Below, one piece after another: positions 27,184-35,624 of a stretch of DNA of 64,000 bases (its first letter is position 1; every line of letters starts with the position of its first letter). Both the position numbers and the translations under genes were made by a program. The DNA is from Thermoanaerobaculia bacterium (GTDB lineage: Bacteria; Acidobacteriota; Thermoanaerobaculia; Multivoradales; JAHZIX01). Location of the stretch: assembly GCA_027069135.1 (NCBI GenBank), contig JALXFE010000400.1, positions 28,774 through 92,773 on the forward strand, in the 5' to 3' direction. The notes under the pieces were generated by a model that did no database searches, was not told the DNA's origin, and was given only the letters and a program-made list of their open reading frames with translations.

Positions 27184-27825
27184 ATGCCAAGACTTGTGTA
27201 CTCAGAACGAAAGCAGCGGGCCCAATGGGAGGAAGCCTCCGACCGCGAACTCATTTCCGGCCTCCAAGCGGGGGACGAAACCGCCCTGGACGAGCTCATT
27301 CGCCGCAAGACGAAACCTCTGATCCAGGTGGTCTACCGCATCCTCGGGGACTACGAAGAATCCCGCGACGTGGTCCAGATGACCTTCGTTCGGGTGTGGC
27401 AGAAACGCGATCAATTCGACCAACATTGGAGCCCGAACACCTGGATTTTTCGCATTGCGACCAATCTCGGGATCGACCAGCTGCGGGCTCGAAAGACCCG
27501 TGAGCGGACCCAGGAGCCCATGCGCAAACATCTGCGCCAGGTCGCCGAAGGGCAAGGCCAAAAAGCGCACTCCCGGATCCAGCAGAAGGAAGTCCTGAAG
27601 ATCTTCCATGAGCTGGCGGAGGATCTTTCGGAGCGGCAGCGCGCCGTTTTCGTGCTCCGGGAGATCGAGGGTTTTTCCTCCCGGCAAGTCGCCGAGACGG
27701 TCGGATGTCGGGAGTCCACCGTCCGCAACCATCTCTTCAACGCCCGCAAAGTCCTGCGCCGAGAAGTCCTACGCCGCTACCCCGAATACGCGGGTACCTA
27801 CACTTTGAAGGAGGCCTCCTCATGA
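27184..27825 (+). CDS. RNA polymerase sigma-70 factor, ECF subfamily
   Basis: Sigma region 2 (VYRILGDYEESRDVVQMTFVRVW) and region 4 (LSERQRAVFVLREIEGFSSRQVAETVGC...TVRNHL). Confidence 0.85.
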   Translation: MPRLVYSERKQRAQWEEASDRELISGLQAGDETALDELIRRKTKPLIQVVYRILGDYEESRDVVQMTFVRVWQKRDQFDQHWSPNTWIFRIATNLGIDQLRARKTRERTQEPMRKHLRQVAEGQGQKAHSRIQQKEVLKIFHELAEDLSERQRAVFVLREIEGFSSRQVAETVGCRESTVRNHLFNARKVLRREVLRRYPEYAGTYTLKEASS

Positions 27826-28475
27826 TCCACTGCCCGGATTGGAAGACCCTGCTTCAATACCGCTTCGACTCTTCCCTCGAAGAACCGGAGGATTGGGCCG
27901 AGGCTCTCGAGCACCTGAACGGCTGCGATTCCTGCCGCATCGAGGCTTACGAGGCCGACCCTTCTCTACTTTTCCTCGACCTCCCGGAGATCGAAGTGGA
28001 AGATCGCGAGATTCGGTACATGCAGCAGGCGGTAGCGACCCTGCGCCACGGCCTCGAGCTTGCCGACCACGATTCCTCCCAAGTGTCCGTCCGGGGCACC
28101 TCGCGGTTGACCTCAGGAATGCGGACTTGGGGGAAGATCGCCGCATCTCTCGCCGTGACCGGAAGTCTCATCGCGGGCGGCGTCGGTGCTTTCGACTCGG
28201 AGCCCGCCTCCGTTTTAGAAACGGGACAGATCGCGACAGGCACCGAGCTCGATACGGCGCCGGGAGTACCCGCCGCCGGGGCCCGTATCTATGGCCTGCC
28301 CCCTAGTTACCCAAACCGTTTTCCCGCGATGCCGTCAGCGCTGCCCGTCAACTGGCGCAACGCCCCGGTAGTGGAAGAAGTCGGCAGTCCGCTGGCGAGG
28401 ATCTACAACTACCCAAGGGCCCCGGAAGACAAGATCGCTCTCGTGATGATCATCGATCCGGCCTTGGATGTTTGA
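27822..28475 (+). CDS. Anti-sigma factor (zinc-finger, ChrR/RsrA-like N-terminus)
   Basis: ATGA overlap with the sigma gene. HLNGCDSCR zinc-binding-like motif, then a TM segment (IAASLAVTGSLIAGGV) and a periplasmic tail. Confidence 0.55.
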   Translation: MIHCPDWKTLLQYRFDSSLEEPEDWAEALEHLNGCDSCRIEAYEADPSLLFLDLPEIEVEDREIRYMQQAVATLRHGLELADHDSSQVSVRGTSRLTSGMRTWGKIAASLAVTGSLIAGGVGAFDSEPASVLETGQIATGTELDTAPGVPAAGARIYGLPPSYPNRFPAMPSALPVNWRNAPVVEEVGSPLARIYNYPRAPEDKIALVMIIDPALDV

Positions 28476-28555
28476 TTGCGAACGCCCCGTCGAGCCGCCG
28501 AGATTCCTGAACTGTTAGACCTGAAACATCTGAGGCGAACCTACGAGCTGTCTAC

Positions 28556-29344
28556 ATGACTGCCTTTCGACATTCTCCGAGGCTTCGGAGCCTCCGAGCC
28601 TGCCTACTTACCAGTCTTTGCCTTCTTACCGGTGACACTGGGGCGTGGGGGGCTCAGGCGGCGGCACGGCCCAGCGTGAAAGCGCCGGCCCTGGCGTTGT
28701 ACGCCTATAGCTTCGAGAACCAACCCGCCGTCGAGGCCCTCTCTCTCGTCTATCCGCTGCTTTCCGATCTCGGCACGGTGGAGCTCCGGCCCAAGGAGAA
28801 CACCCTCGTCATCCGCGACACCGTGATAACCATCAACCGAATCGTCGCGATGCTGAGCCGCTTTGACCATCCCCCGCGGGAAGTGCAGTTGGAAGTACGT
28901 ATCGTCAGTGCCCGGGCAGAGGCGTTTTCTCCGACAGCTCGATCGCGACTTCCCAAGGAACACGTGGACCGGCTCAAGGACATGCTGCCGTACCACAGCT
29001 ACGAGCAATTGGCCGGCACCAATCTGGAGGCCCGGGAAGGGGAACGGGTCAACTACCAATTGGGAGACCGCTTCTCCTTGGATTTTCGGTTGGGCACTCT
29101 GGTCGAAGGAGCGCGGGTTCGACTCCACGATTTTCAGATTTTCCGGGGGGGAACCCGAGATGGACGGGAAAAAAAGAGATTGATCGTCACGACCCTCTTC
29201 CTTCACCTGAGCCAGCCCGTCTACCTGGGCCTTGCTCCGAGCGAAGACAGCAAAGAGGCGCTCATGGTGGTGGTCACGGCCAAGGTTCCGCCGAAGAAGA
29301 CGGATTCCAAAACAAAGGTGGACCGCCGAGGAAACGGCTCATGA
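28556..29344 (+). CDS. Secreted/lipo-protein with secretin-N (NolW-like) domain
   Basis: Signal peptide. LVIRDTVITINRIVAMLSRFD resembles the secretin_N motif (vlv.g.......i..li..LD). Confidence 0.45.
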   Translation: MTAFRHSPRLRSLRACLLTSLCLLTGDTGAWGAQAAARPSVKAPALALYAYSFENQPAVEALSLVYPLLSDLGTVELRPKENTLVIRDTVITINRIVAMLSRFDHPPREVQLEVRIVSARAEAFSPTARSRLPKEHVDRLKDMLPYHSYEQLAGTNLEAREGERVNYQLGDRFSLDFRLGTLVEGARVRLHDFQIFRGGTRDGREKKRLIVTTLFLHLSQPVYLGLAPSEDSKEALMVVVTAKVPPKKTDSKTKVDRRGNGS

Positions 29345-29375
29345 AGCACCGATCGAGTAGACAGGGGGCGAAGAA

Positions 29376-30590
29376 ATGCAATTTGTTTGCCGCCTAGGTA
29401 CTCCGGACGGCCGCATCGTCGAGCAGCGCCACCAGGCCGCTGACGAGAGTGTTCTGCGCAGAGAGTTGGAGCAACGGGGATACCACGTCTTCGAGATGAG
29501 CCGCCCAGGGATCCTGAGCAAGCTCTCTTTCGGACACTTGAAGTCCGGCAACCGCAAGGTCGGAAACGAGGCCTTCTTGCTGTTCAACCAGGAGCTCGCT
29601 GCTTTGTTGCGGGCGGGACTCCCCCTCCTTCAAGCTCTCGATCTGATGTTGGAGCGGATGGAGAACCCGAGCTTGCGGCCGATTCTGGAAGATATTCGCG
29701 ATCGCCTGAAGGCCGGCGAGAACATGTCAGATTGCTTCGCTGCCTACGGCGAGACCTTCCCCCGTCTGTACTCTTCTTCTCTCAAAGCCGGGGAGCGCAG
29801 CGGGGATATGGAAGGAGTGATCCGCCGTTTCATCCGCTACCTGCAACTGGTGACCTCAGCCCGCAAGAAGGTTGTCTCTGCCCTCGTCTACCCGGCGGTG
29901 CTGGTGGGCCTATCCTTTGGAATGCTGGCGTTGATGGGCTTGTTCGTGGTGCCCAAGTTCTCTGCCTTCTACGAGGATATGAATGCCGAGCTCCCGGCAC
30001 TCACCCGCGCTACCCTGGGCGCTGCGACCTTCTTCAGGTCCAACTGGCTTCTCATTTTCGGAGCCCTGGTCATCGGCATCGCCGTATTTCGACAATGGAA
30101 TCGCACGGAGGCCGGGGGGATCGCCTTCGATCGGTTTCGTCTGAGCTTCCCCCTGATCGGAACTATCCTCCATCGCTTCGGTCTGGCGGAGTTCAGCCGT
30201 TCTCTGGCGACCCTTCTCGGTGGCGGTATACCCCTCGTATCCGCGATGGATATCGCGGTCGACGGCGTCGGCAACGCTTACATGCGCCAGCGTCTGCGAC
30301 CGGGAATCGACTTGGTGCGCCAGGGTGAGCCGTTCTATAGCGCCCTGGAAAAAAGCGAGATTTTTACCCATATCGCCGTCGACATGGTCAAGGTCGGCGA
30401 GGCGACGGGTGCTTTGGACGAGATGCTGACCAGTGTGGCAGATTTTCTGGATGCCCAGGTGGAGACCCGCTCGGAGCGCTTGCTGGCGCTGATCGAGCCG
30501 ATTCTTCTTGTGGTCATGGCCCTTATCATCGCTCTCCTCCTGATCTCCATCTACTTGCCCATGTTCAGCGTCATCACGCAGATTCAGTAA
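29376..30590 (+). CDS. pilC: Type IV pilus assembly platform protein PilC / GspF family
   Basis: 404 aa with two T2SSF repeats, 3 TM. Motifs LFNQELAALLRAGLPLLQAL and SRSLATLLGGGIPLVSAM. Confidence 0.9.
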   Translation: MQFVCRLGTPDGRIVEQRHQAADESVLRRELEQRGYHVFEMSRPGILSKLSFGHLKSGNRKVGNEAFLLFNQELAALLRAGLPLLQALDLMLERMENPSLRPILEDIRDRLKAGENMSDCFAAYGETFPRLYSSSLKAGERSGDMEGVIRRFIRYLQLVTSARKKVVSALVYPAVLVGLSFGMLALMGLFVVPKFSAFYEDMNAELPALTRATLGAATFFRSNWLLIFGALVIGIAVFRQWNRTEAGGIAFDRFRLSFPLIGTILHRFGLAEFSRSLATLLGGGIPLVSAMDIAVDGVGNAYMRQRLRPGIDLVRQGEPFYSALEKSEIFTHIAVDMVKVGEATGALDEMLTSVADFLDAQVETRSERLLALIEPILLVVMALIIALLLISIYLPMFSVITQIQ

Positions 30591-30633
30591 TGTTGAGATC
30601 CCAGGACGAAGCGACGCACAGGAAGTAAGCGAC

Positions 30634-32274
30634 ATGGCGACCACCTCCATCGAAGAGCCCCTCCTTCAGGCTCAACCGGACACCGAGGCCCAACTCCGGG
30701 CCGAGCGTGAGGCCGCGGTAGAGCTCGCCGAGCGTTATGGCATGGAATTCGTCGATGTCCATCAGATCCGGATCGATAACGAATTGCTCCGCCGTATCCC
30801 CTTCGACCTGATGCTGCGCTACGAATTCATTCCGGAAGAACAGCTGCAGGGGCGTATCTCCGTCGTCATGGCGGACCCTTCGAACGTGGTGAAACTGGAT
30901 GAGTTGGAGCTCCTCCTAGGCCAACCGGTGGAAGCCAAGGCCGGGGTGCCCACCGCTATCAAGGAGATCCTTCAGAAGTCCGAGAGCGCCCAGCGAGTCC
31001 TCGACGAGGCCAGCGAAGACTTCCGCATGCAGCTGCTGCAGGAAGACGACGACGGGGAGGAAGTTCTCTCCATCGATCGCATCAGCACCGATACGAGCCC
31101 CATCATCAAGCTCGTAGATTCGACCCTCTTTAACGCCATCCAGCGGCGCGCTAGCGACATCCACATCGAGACGCGGGACGCCGAGGTGATCATCAAATAC
31201 CGCATCGATGGCGTGCTCTACCAGGCCATGGAGCCCATCGACAAGCGGCATCACCAGACCATTATCAGCCGCATCAAGGTCATGGCAGAGTTGGATATCG
31301 CCGAGAAGCGAGTCCCCCAGGACGGTCGATTCAAGATGCGCATGGGGGGCCGCACCATCGACTTTCGGGTCTCCATCATGCCGTCGGTCCACGGGGAAGA
31401 TTCGGTGATCCGAATCCTCGACAAAGAATCCATGAACACGGAGTTCAAAAATCTCCGGTTGGACATCCTCGGCTTTGATGACGACACCCTCAAGAAGGTG
31501 CGGAAATTCATCCGGGAGCCGTACGGGATGGTGCTCGTGACCGGGCCTACGGGTTCCGGTAAGACCACGACCCTCTACGCCTGCCTTTCGGAGATCCAAT
31601 CCGCCGAGGACAAGATCATCACGATCGAAGACCCGGTGGAGTATCAACTCAACGGCATCACCCAGATCCCCGTCAATGAGAAGAAGGGGCTGACCTTCGC
31701 CCGGGGCCTGCGCTCCATCCTGCGTCACGACCCGGACAAGATCATGATCGGCGAGATCCGAGACGAGGAAACCGCACAGATCGCCATTCAGTCGGCCCTC
31801 ACCGGCCATCTGGTCTTCACGACCGTACACGCCAACAACGTGGTCGACGTTCTCGGAAGATTCCTCAACATGAACGTCGACCTGTACAACTTCGTGTCGG
31901 CCCTCAACTGCATCCTCGCCCAACGGCTCGTACGGCAGATCTGCCCCCACTGCCGACGGCCGGAGAAGGCCTCTCTTCAGCTTCTCGAGGAGAGCGGCCT
32001 CGACCCGGAGACCTACAGCGACCAGACTTTCTACGAGGGTGCCGGCTGTATCGAATGCAACGGCACGGGCTTTTTCGGCCGCCTCGCCGTCTCAGAATTG
32101 CTGGACCTGTCCGACCACATCCGCGAGCTGATCCTGGAACGACGCCCGGCTTCGGAAATCAAACGGGCGGCCCGAGAAGAAGGGATGCGCTTTCTTCGGG
32201 AAACGGCATTGGACAAGGTCTTCCAAGGAGTAACGACGCTTCGTGAGATCAATAAAGTTACCTTCGTGGATTGA
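30634..32274 (+). CDS. pilB: Type IV pilus assembly ATPase PilB / GspE family
   Basis: N1 domain, Walker A GPTGSGKTTTL, Walker B, and a tetracysteine CPHC...CIEC motif. Confidence 0.9.
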   Translation: MATTSIEEPLLQAQPDTEAQLRAEREAAVELAERYGMEFVDVHQIRIDNELLRRIPFDLMLRYEFIPEEQLQGRISVVMADPSNVVKLDELELLLGQPVEAKAGVPTAIKEILQKSESAQRVLDEASEDFRMQLLQEDDDGEEVLSIDRISTDTSPIIKLVDSTLFNAIQRRASDIHIETRDAEVIIKYRIDGVLYQAMEPIDKRHHQTIISRIKVMAELDIAEKRVPQDGRFKMRMGGRTIDFRVSIMPSVHGEDSVIRILDKESMNTEFKNLRLDILGFDDDTLKKVRKFIREPYGMVLVTGPTGSGKTTTLYACLSEIQSAEDKIITIEDPVEYQLNGITQIPVNEKKGLTFARGLRSILRHDPDKIMIGEIRDEETAQIAIQSALTGHLVFTTVHANNVVDVLGRFLNMNVDLYNFVSALNCILAQRLVRQICPHCRRPEKASLQLLEESGLDPETYSDQTFYEGAGCIECNGTGFFGRLAVSELLDLSDHIRELILERRPASEIKRAAREEGMRFLRETALDKVFQGVTTLREINKVTFVD

Positions 32275-33247
32275 GAGACTGGCCGGGCTGAACCCGAGGC
32301 CGGTCCCTGGATTCGTATTCTCCCTCGACGAGGGACGGCTGGCCTATGCTCGGTTCCAGCACAAGAACGGGACCTTGGAATTCTCCGACTATGCCTCCGT
32401 AGCATTACCGGAAAACGCCTTTCACGCCGGCCCCTTAGGCGGCGGAGTTCGCCAAGAACCTGCCCTGGCACAAGCCTTGGCGGATATCCTCGAGCGCATC
32501 GAAGAGCCCGTCGAAGAGGCCTGTCTCCTCCTGCCGGACGCCTGGCTTCGGCTCGCCTTCACGGAGGTCGGGGAATTGCCCAAAGATCCCCAGAAGCTCG
32601 ACGGGGCCCTTCGCTGGAAGCTCAAACGCCTGGTTCCCTTCAGGGTCGATGAGCTTCGCCTCGAGGGTGTCGAAGTACAGGCCCTTCCCGGCCAGGAAGA
32701 GCCGAAGAGAGCTCTTATCGGCTTCGCCTTGGATGCTCTCCTGGAACGCCTCGAAGGCATTTTCCAACAAGCCGGAGTGAAGATCGGCTACATCGGAAAC
32801 ATCAGTACTTCGATGCTACCGGCCTTGGCCGAGGGGACCGTTTCGGACGCCTTAATAGGCCTTGCCCTGGTCCGGAGCGATAGCTACACTCTCCTCTTCG
32901 CCCGAGGAGGGGAGCCGGTGCTCCACCGCCACAAGTCTTCGGATGGAGCCCTTCCCTACGAGGTTCGGGAAAAGCGGATCCAACGGGACCTAAAGCTGAC
33001 CCGCAACTTTCTAGATGAACGGATCCCAGGGGCACCCCTCGAGAGGGTCTTGGTGCTGGCGGCACCGGAGGTCGAAGATCCCTGGCCCCGCTGGCTCGAG
33101 GACAGCCTCCAAAGCCCAACAGAGAGGTTGAGAGAAGAACATATGGTCCCCCTTTCGGTCCAGCTGAACCGCCAGCAGTCGGAAGAGGCCGGCAGTTGGC
33201 TCGAGATCGCACCGCTACTGGGCGCGAGCTGCCTGGAGACCGCGTGA
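32243..33247 (+). CDS. pilM: Type IV pilus assembly protein PilM (actin-like)
   Basis: Position immediately after pilB and before pilNOPQ. ~330 aa cytoplasmic protein. GTG start 32243. Confidence 0.7.
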   Translation: MRSIKLPSWIERLAGLNPRPVPGFVFSLDEGRLAYARFQHKNGTLEFSDYASVALPENAFHAGPLGGGVRQEPALAQALADILERIEEPVEEACLLLPDAWLRLAFTEVGELPKDPQKLDGALRWKLKRLVPFRVDELRLEGVEVQALPGQEEPKRALIGFALDALLERLEGIFQQAGVKIGYIGNISTSMLPALAEGTVSDALIGLALVRSDSYTLLFARGGEPVLHRHKSSDGALPYEVREKRIQRDLKLTRNFLDERIPGAPLERVLVLAAPEVEDPWPRWLEDSLQSPTERLREEHMVPLSVQLNRQQSEEAGSWLEIAPLLGASCLETA

Positions 33248-34440
33248 AGACCCGACAGCTCAACCTCGCCCGACGACCTTTCGTCAACGCCCGGCCGGTA
33301 CGCCGGCTGACGGCTCTCCTGTGGCTCGTCGGCGCCGGTCTCTGCATTCTCAATGTAGTGCTGTTCTGGAATTATTTTTCCACCACCGACGACAGCCAAC
33401 AGGAACGACTTGCCCTGGAACAGCGCATCCAGCAACATAGCGCGCGCATCGCCGAGAACAAGGCCGTTCTGGCCAAGGTCGATCTGGTGCATCTCAACTC
33501 CCAGGTGGACTTCCTCAATGGCAAAATTGCGGAGCGAACCTTCCCCTGGAGTCAGCTCTTCGACCACCTGGCGGAAGTCCTCCCCGATAATGTCCGCCTG
33601 CAGAAACTCGCACCGACAACCGAAGACCGCGTGGGTCGAAGCGACCGGGTCGTCCTCCCGGGCGGACGGGTTCGCATGACCATCTCCGGAATCGCCAAAA
33701 CCGTCGAAGACGAATTGGAGTTCGTCGACCGGCTCTTCGCCCACCCATCCTTCGAGAGGCCCCGGTTGAAGGCTGACTCGATACAACAGGATCGATTTCT
33801 CCGATTCAATCTCGGAGTGACCTACTTCCCTGTCCGCCCGAGCTCGGTCACCTCAGGAGAGGCGTTGGAAGCCGACCGCAACCAAGATGAGGACGTGGAA
33901 TCTACGACGGCTACTCCAAGATCGCGGCTCGCGGCGACGGGCGTAGAAGCGCTCCCTCCCTCGTCTCCCCGCCGGACCGGCACACCACGACCGCCCGTTC
34001 CCGTAGCCCTGGCACAGGAAACACCCGCGGCCGAAGCGCCGTCCGTTGCTTCCGCGAGGCGACCTCTTCCGAGGGCTCGAGAGAAAAAGGCGGACGTGGC
34101 GCCCACGGAGCCGGACCGACCCTCGAGGCGAAATCGTCGGCGCGGCCGGTCCACCGAGACTGAAACCCCGGCCCCGACACCCACCGTGGCCGGAGGCATC
34201 GCGGGCTTGTTGCCCCAAAGAGCTCCGGGGGGCGAGGCCACTCGCTCCACCTCGACCAATCGGCGTCGGGGCGGGGCTCGTCGCTCTGGCGGTGGAAACC
34301 GTCGGCGCCGGAACCCACCGGGCATACCTCTCCCGGGAGGCGATTCCGACGGTGAGGATACCGGAGCTCGCGATCCTCGGGATCCCCGGCGCCCTTCGCC
34401 CCGTACCCCGCCCGCGTCTTCCACCTTGGAGATCCAATGA
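33244..34440 (+). CDS. pilN: Type IV pilus assembly protein PilN with long Arg/Pro/Thr-rich disordered C-terminal tail
   Basis: GTGA overlap with pilM. LNLARRPF then a TM segment (LLWLVGAGLCILNVVLFW) and a coiled-coil, typical of PilN. An extra ~220-aa low-complexity tail follows. Confidence 0.6.
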   Translation: MKTRQLNLARRPFVNARPVRRLTALLWLVGAGLCILNVVLFWNYFSTTDDSQQERLALEQRIQQHSARIAENKAVLAKVDLVHLNSQVDFLNGKIAERTFPWSQLFDHLAEVLPDNVRLQKLAPTTEDRVGRSDRVVLPGGRVRMTISGIAKTVEDELEFVDRLFAHPSFERPRLKADSIQQDRFLRFNLGVTYFPVRPSSVTSGEALEADRNQDEDVESTTATPRSRLAATGVEALPPSSPRRTGTPRPPVPVALAQETPAAEAPSVASARRPLPRAREKKADVAPTEPDRPSRRNRRRGRSTETETPAPTPTVAGGIAGLLPQRAPGGEATRSTSTNRRRGGARRSGGGNRRRRNPPGIPLPGGDSDGEDTGARDPRDPRRPSPRTPPASSTLEIQ

Positions 34441-35027
34441 AGCATCCCGGTGACGTGTGGCGCAAACACCTCTGGCTGTGGCTTCCGGCCCTGATCTTCT
34501 TCAGCTTGAATCTCCTCACGTGGAGCTACTACCACCTGGGAGACTTCGGCAATCAGGTGAGCCAGATGGAAAAACGGCTCGAGAGCTTGAAGGAGCAGGC
34601 GGCGAAGCTCAGCGTGGAAGAGAGTGAAGGCGCAACTCTGATCGAACGGGCGGCGACGAACCGGACCCGCATCGAGACCCTCTACGGGCAACGCCTGGCA
34701 ACCCAGAGCGAGCGACTCACCTCGGTGATCGCCGAAGTCCGAGACCTCGCCAGGAAAGCGGGCCTCGAGCCCTCCTCGGTCTCCTACCCCGAACAAACGC
34801 TCAAGAGCTTCGGCTTGGAACGCAAGGAATTCGTCTTCAGTGTCACCGGTACCTATTCCGACCTGCGCAAGCTGATCAACTCGCTGGACCTGACGGACAC
34901 CTTCATCTCCTTGGACGAAGTGGGCTTGAGCCAGGATGGTGGCAACAGCACTCGGCTGCAAATCAGCTTACGGCTGTCGACCCTTTTCGCCGCTGAGGAA
35001 GACTACGAGAACGGAGACGAAGCGTGA
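34437..35027 (+). CDS. pilO: Type IV pilus assembly protein PilO
   Basis: ATGA overlap. N-terminal TM (LWLWLPALIFFSLNLLTW), coiled-coil, periplasmic domain; position between pilN and pilP. Confidence 0.6.
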   Translation: MKHPGDVWRKHLWLWLPALIFFSLNLLTWSYYHLGDFGNQVSQMEKRLESLKEQAAKLSVEESEGATLIERAATNRTRIETLYGQRLATQSERLTSVIAEVRDLARKAGLEPSSVSYPEQTLKSFGLERKEFVFSVTGTYSDLRKLINSLDLTDTFISLDEVGLSQDGGNSTRLQISLRLSTLFAAEEDYENGDEA

Positions 35028-35608
35028 CCGAGAGCTCCCGAAAAAAGCTCCTCCTGGGAATGCTGGGAGCCCTTCTGGCGATCTTCGCCTGGAAACAGCT
35101 TCCCGAACTGAGCTCCCGCGAGAGCGAGGCCCAGATCGAGGCCGGACCCGCGAGCCGCCCGCGACGGGGCCGAAGAGGACGGCGTAGCCGGGAAGTGGTG
35201 CAACCCAAGGAAGTGCGCGAGCTCATGCTCAGCTCTCTGGATCCCGAACCTGGGTCCTACACCCTCGGTCGGAATCTTTGGGCTTTCTACACCCCTCCTG
35301 CACCTCCTCCACCGCCACCGCCGTTGGTCAGGCCCCCGGTCTTCGTCCCGCCCCCACACGTAGATAAGGAGCCCGTGGTCGATGAAACCCCGAGACCACC
35401 GACCATCCGATTCAAGTACTTGGGAAGCTTCGGGCCCAAGAATCGGAAGATCGCCGTACTGGCGGAAGAGGAAAACCTCGTCAACGCCTTGGAAGGGGAT
35501 GTGGTGATGAAAAACTTCCGAGTGGCCAAAATCGGCTTCGAGTCCGTATACATTGAGTACGTGGACTTTCCCGACGCCGAAGCCGCTCAGCTGAAGGTCG
35601 GAGGTTAA
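35024..35608 (+). CDS. pilP: PilP-like pilus assembly protein (proline-rich)
   Basis: GTGA overlap. TM/lipoprotein-like N-terminus, poly-Pro linker (PPAPPPPPPPLVRPPVFVPPP), C-terminal beta domain. Assignment is by position. Confidence 0.45.
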   Translation: MTESSRKKLLLGMLGALLAIFAWKQLPELSSRESEAQIEAGPASRPRRGRRGRRSREVVQPKEVRELMLSSLDPEPGSYTLGRNLWAFYTPPAPPPPPPPLVRPPVFVPPPHVDKEPVVDETPRPPTIRFKYLGSFGPKNRKIAVLAEEENLVNALEGDVVMKNFRVAKIGFESVYIEYVDFPDAEAAQLKVGG

Positions 35609-35624
35609 CTTGGAGACACTCTTG

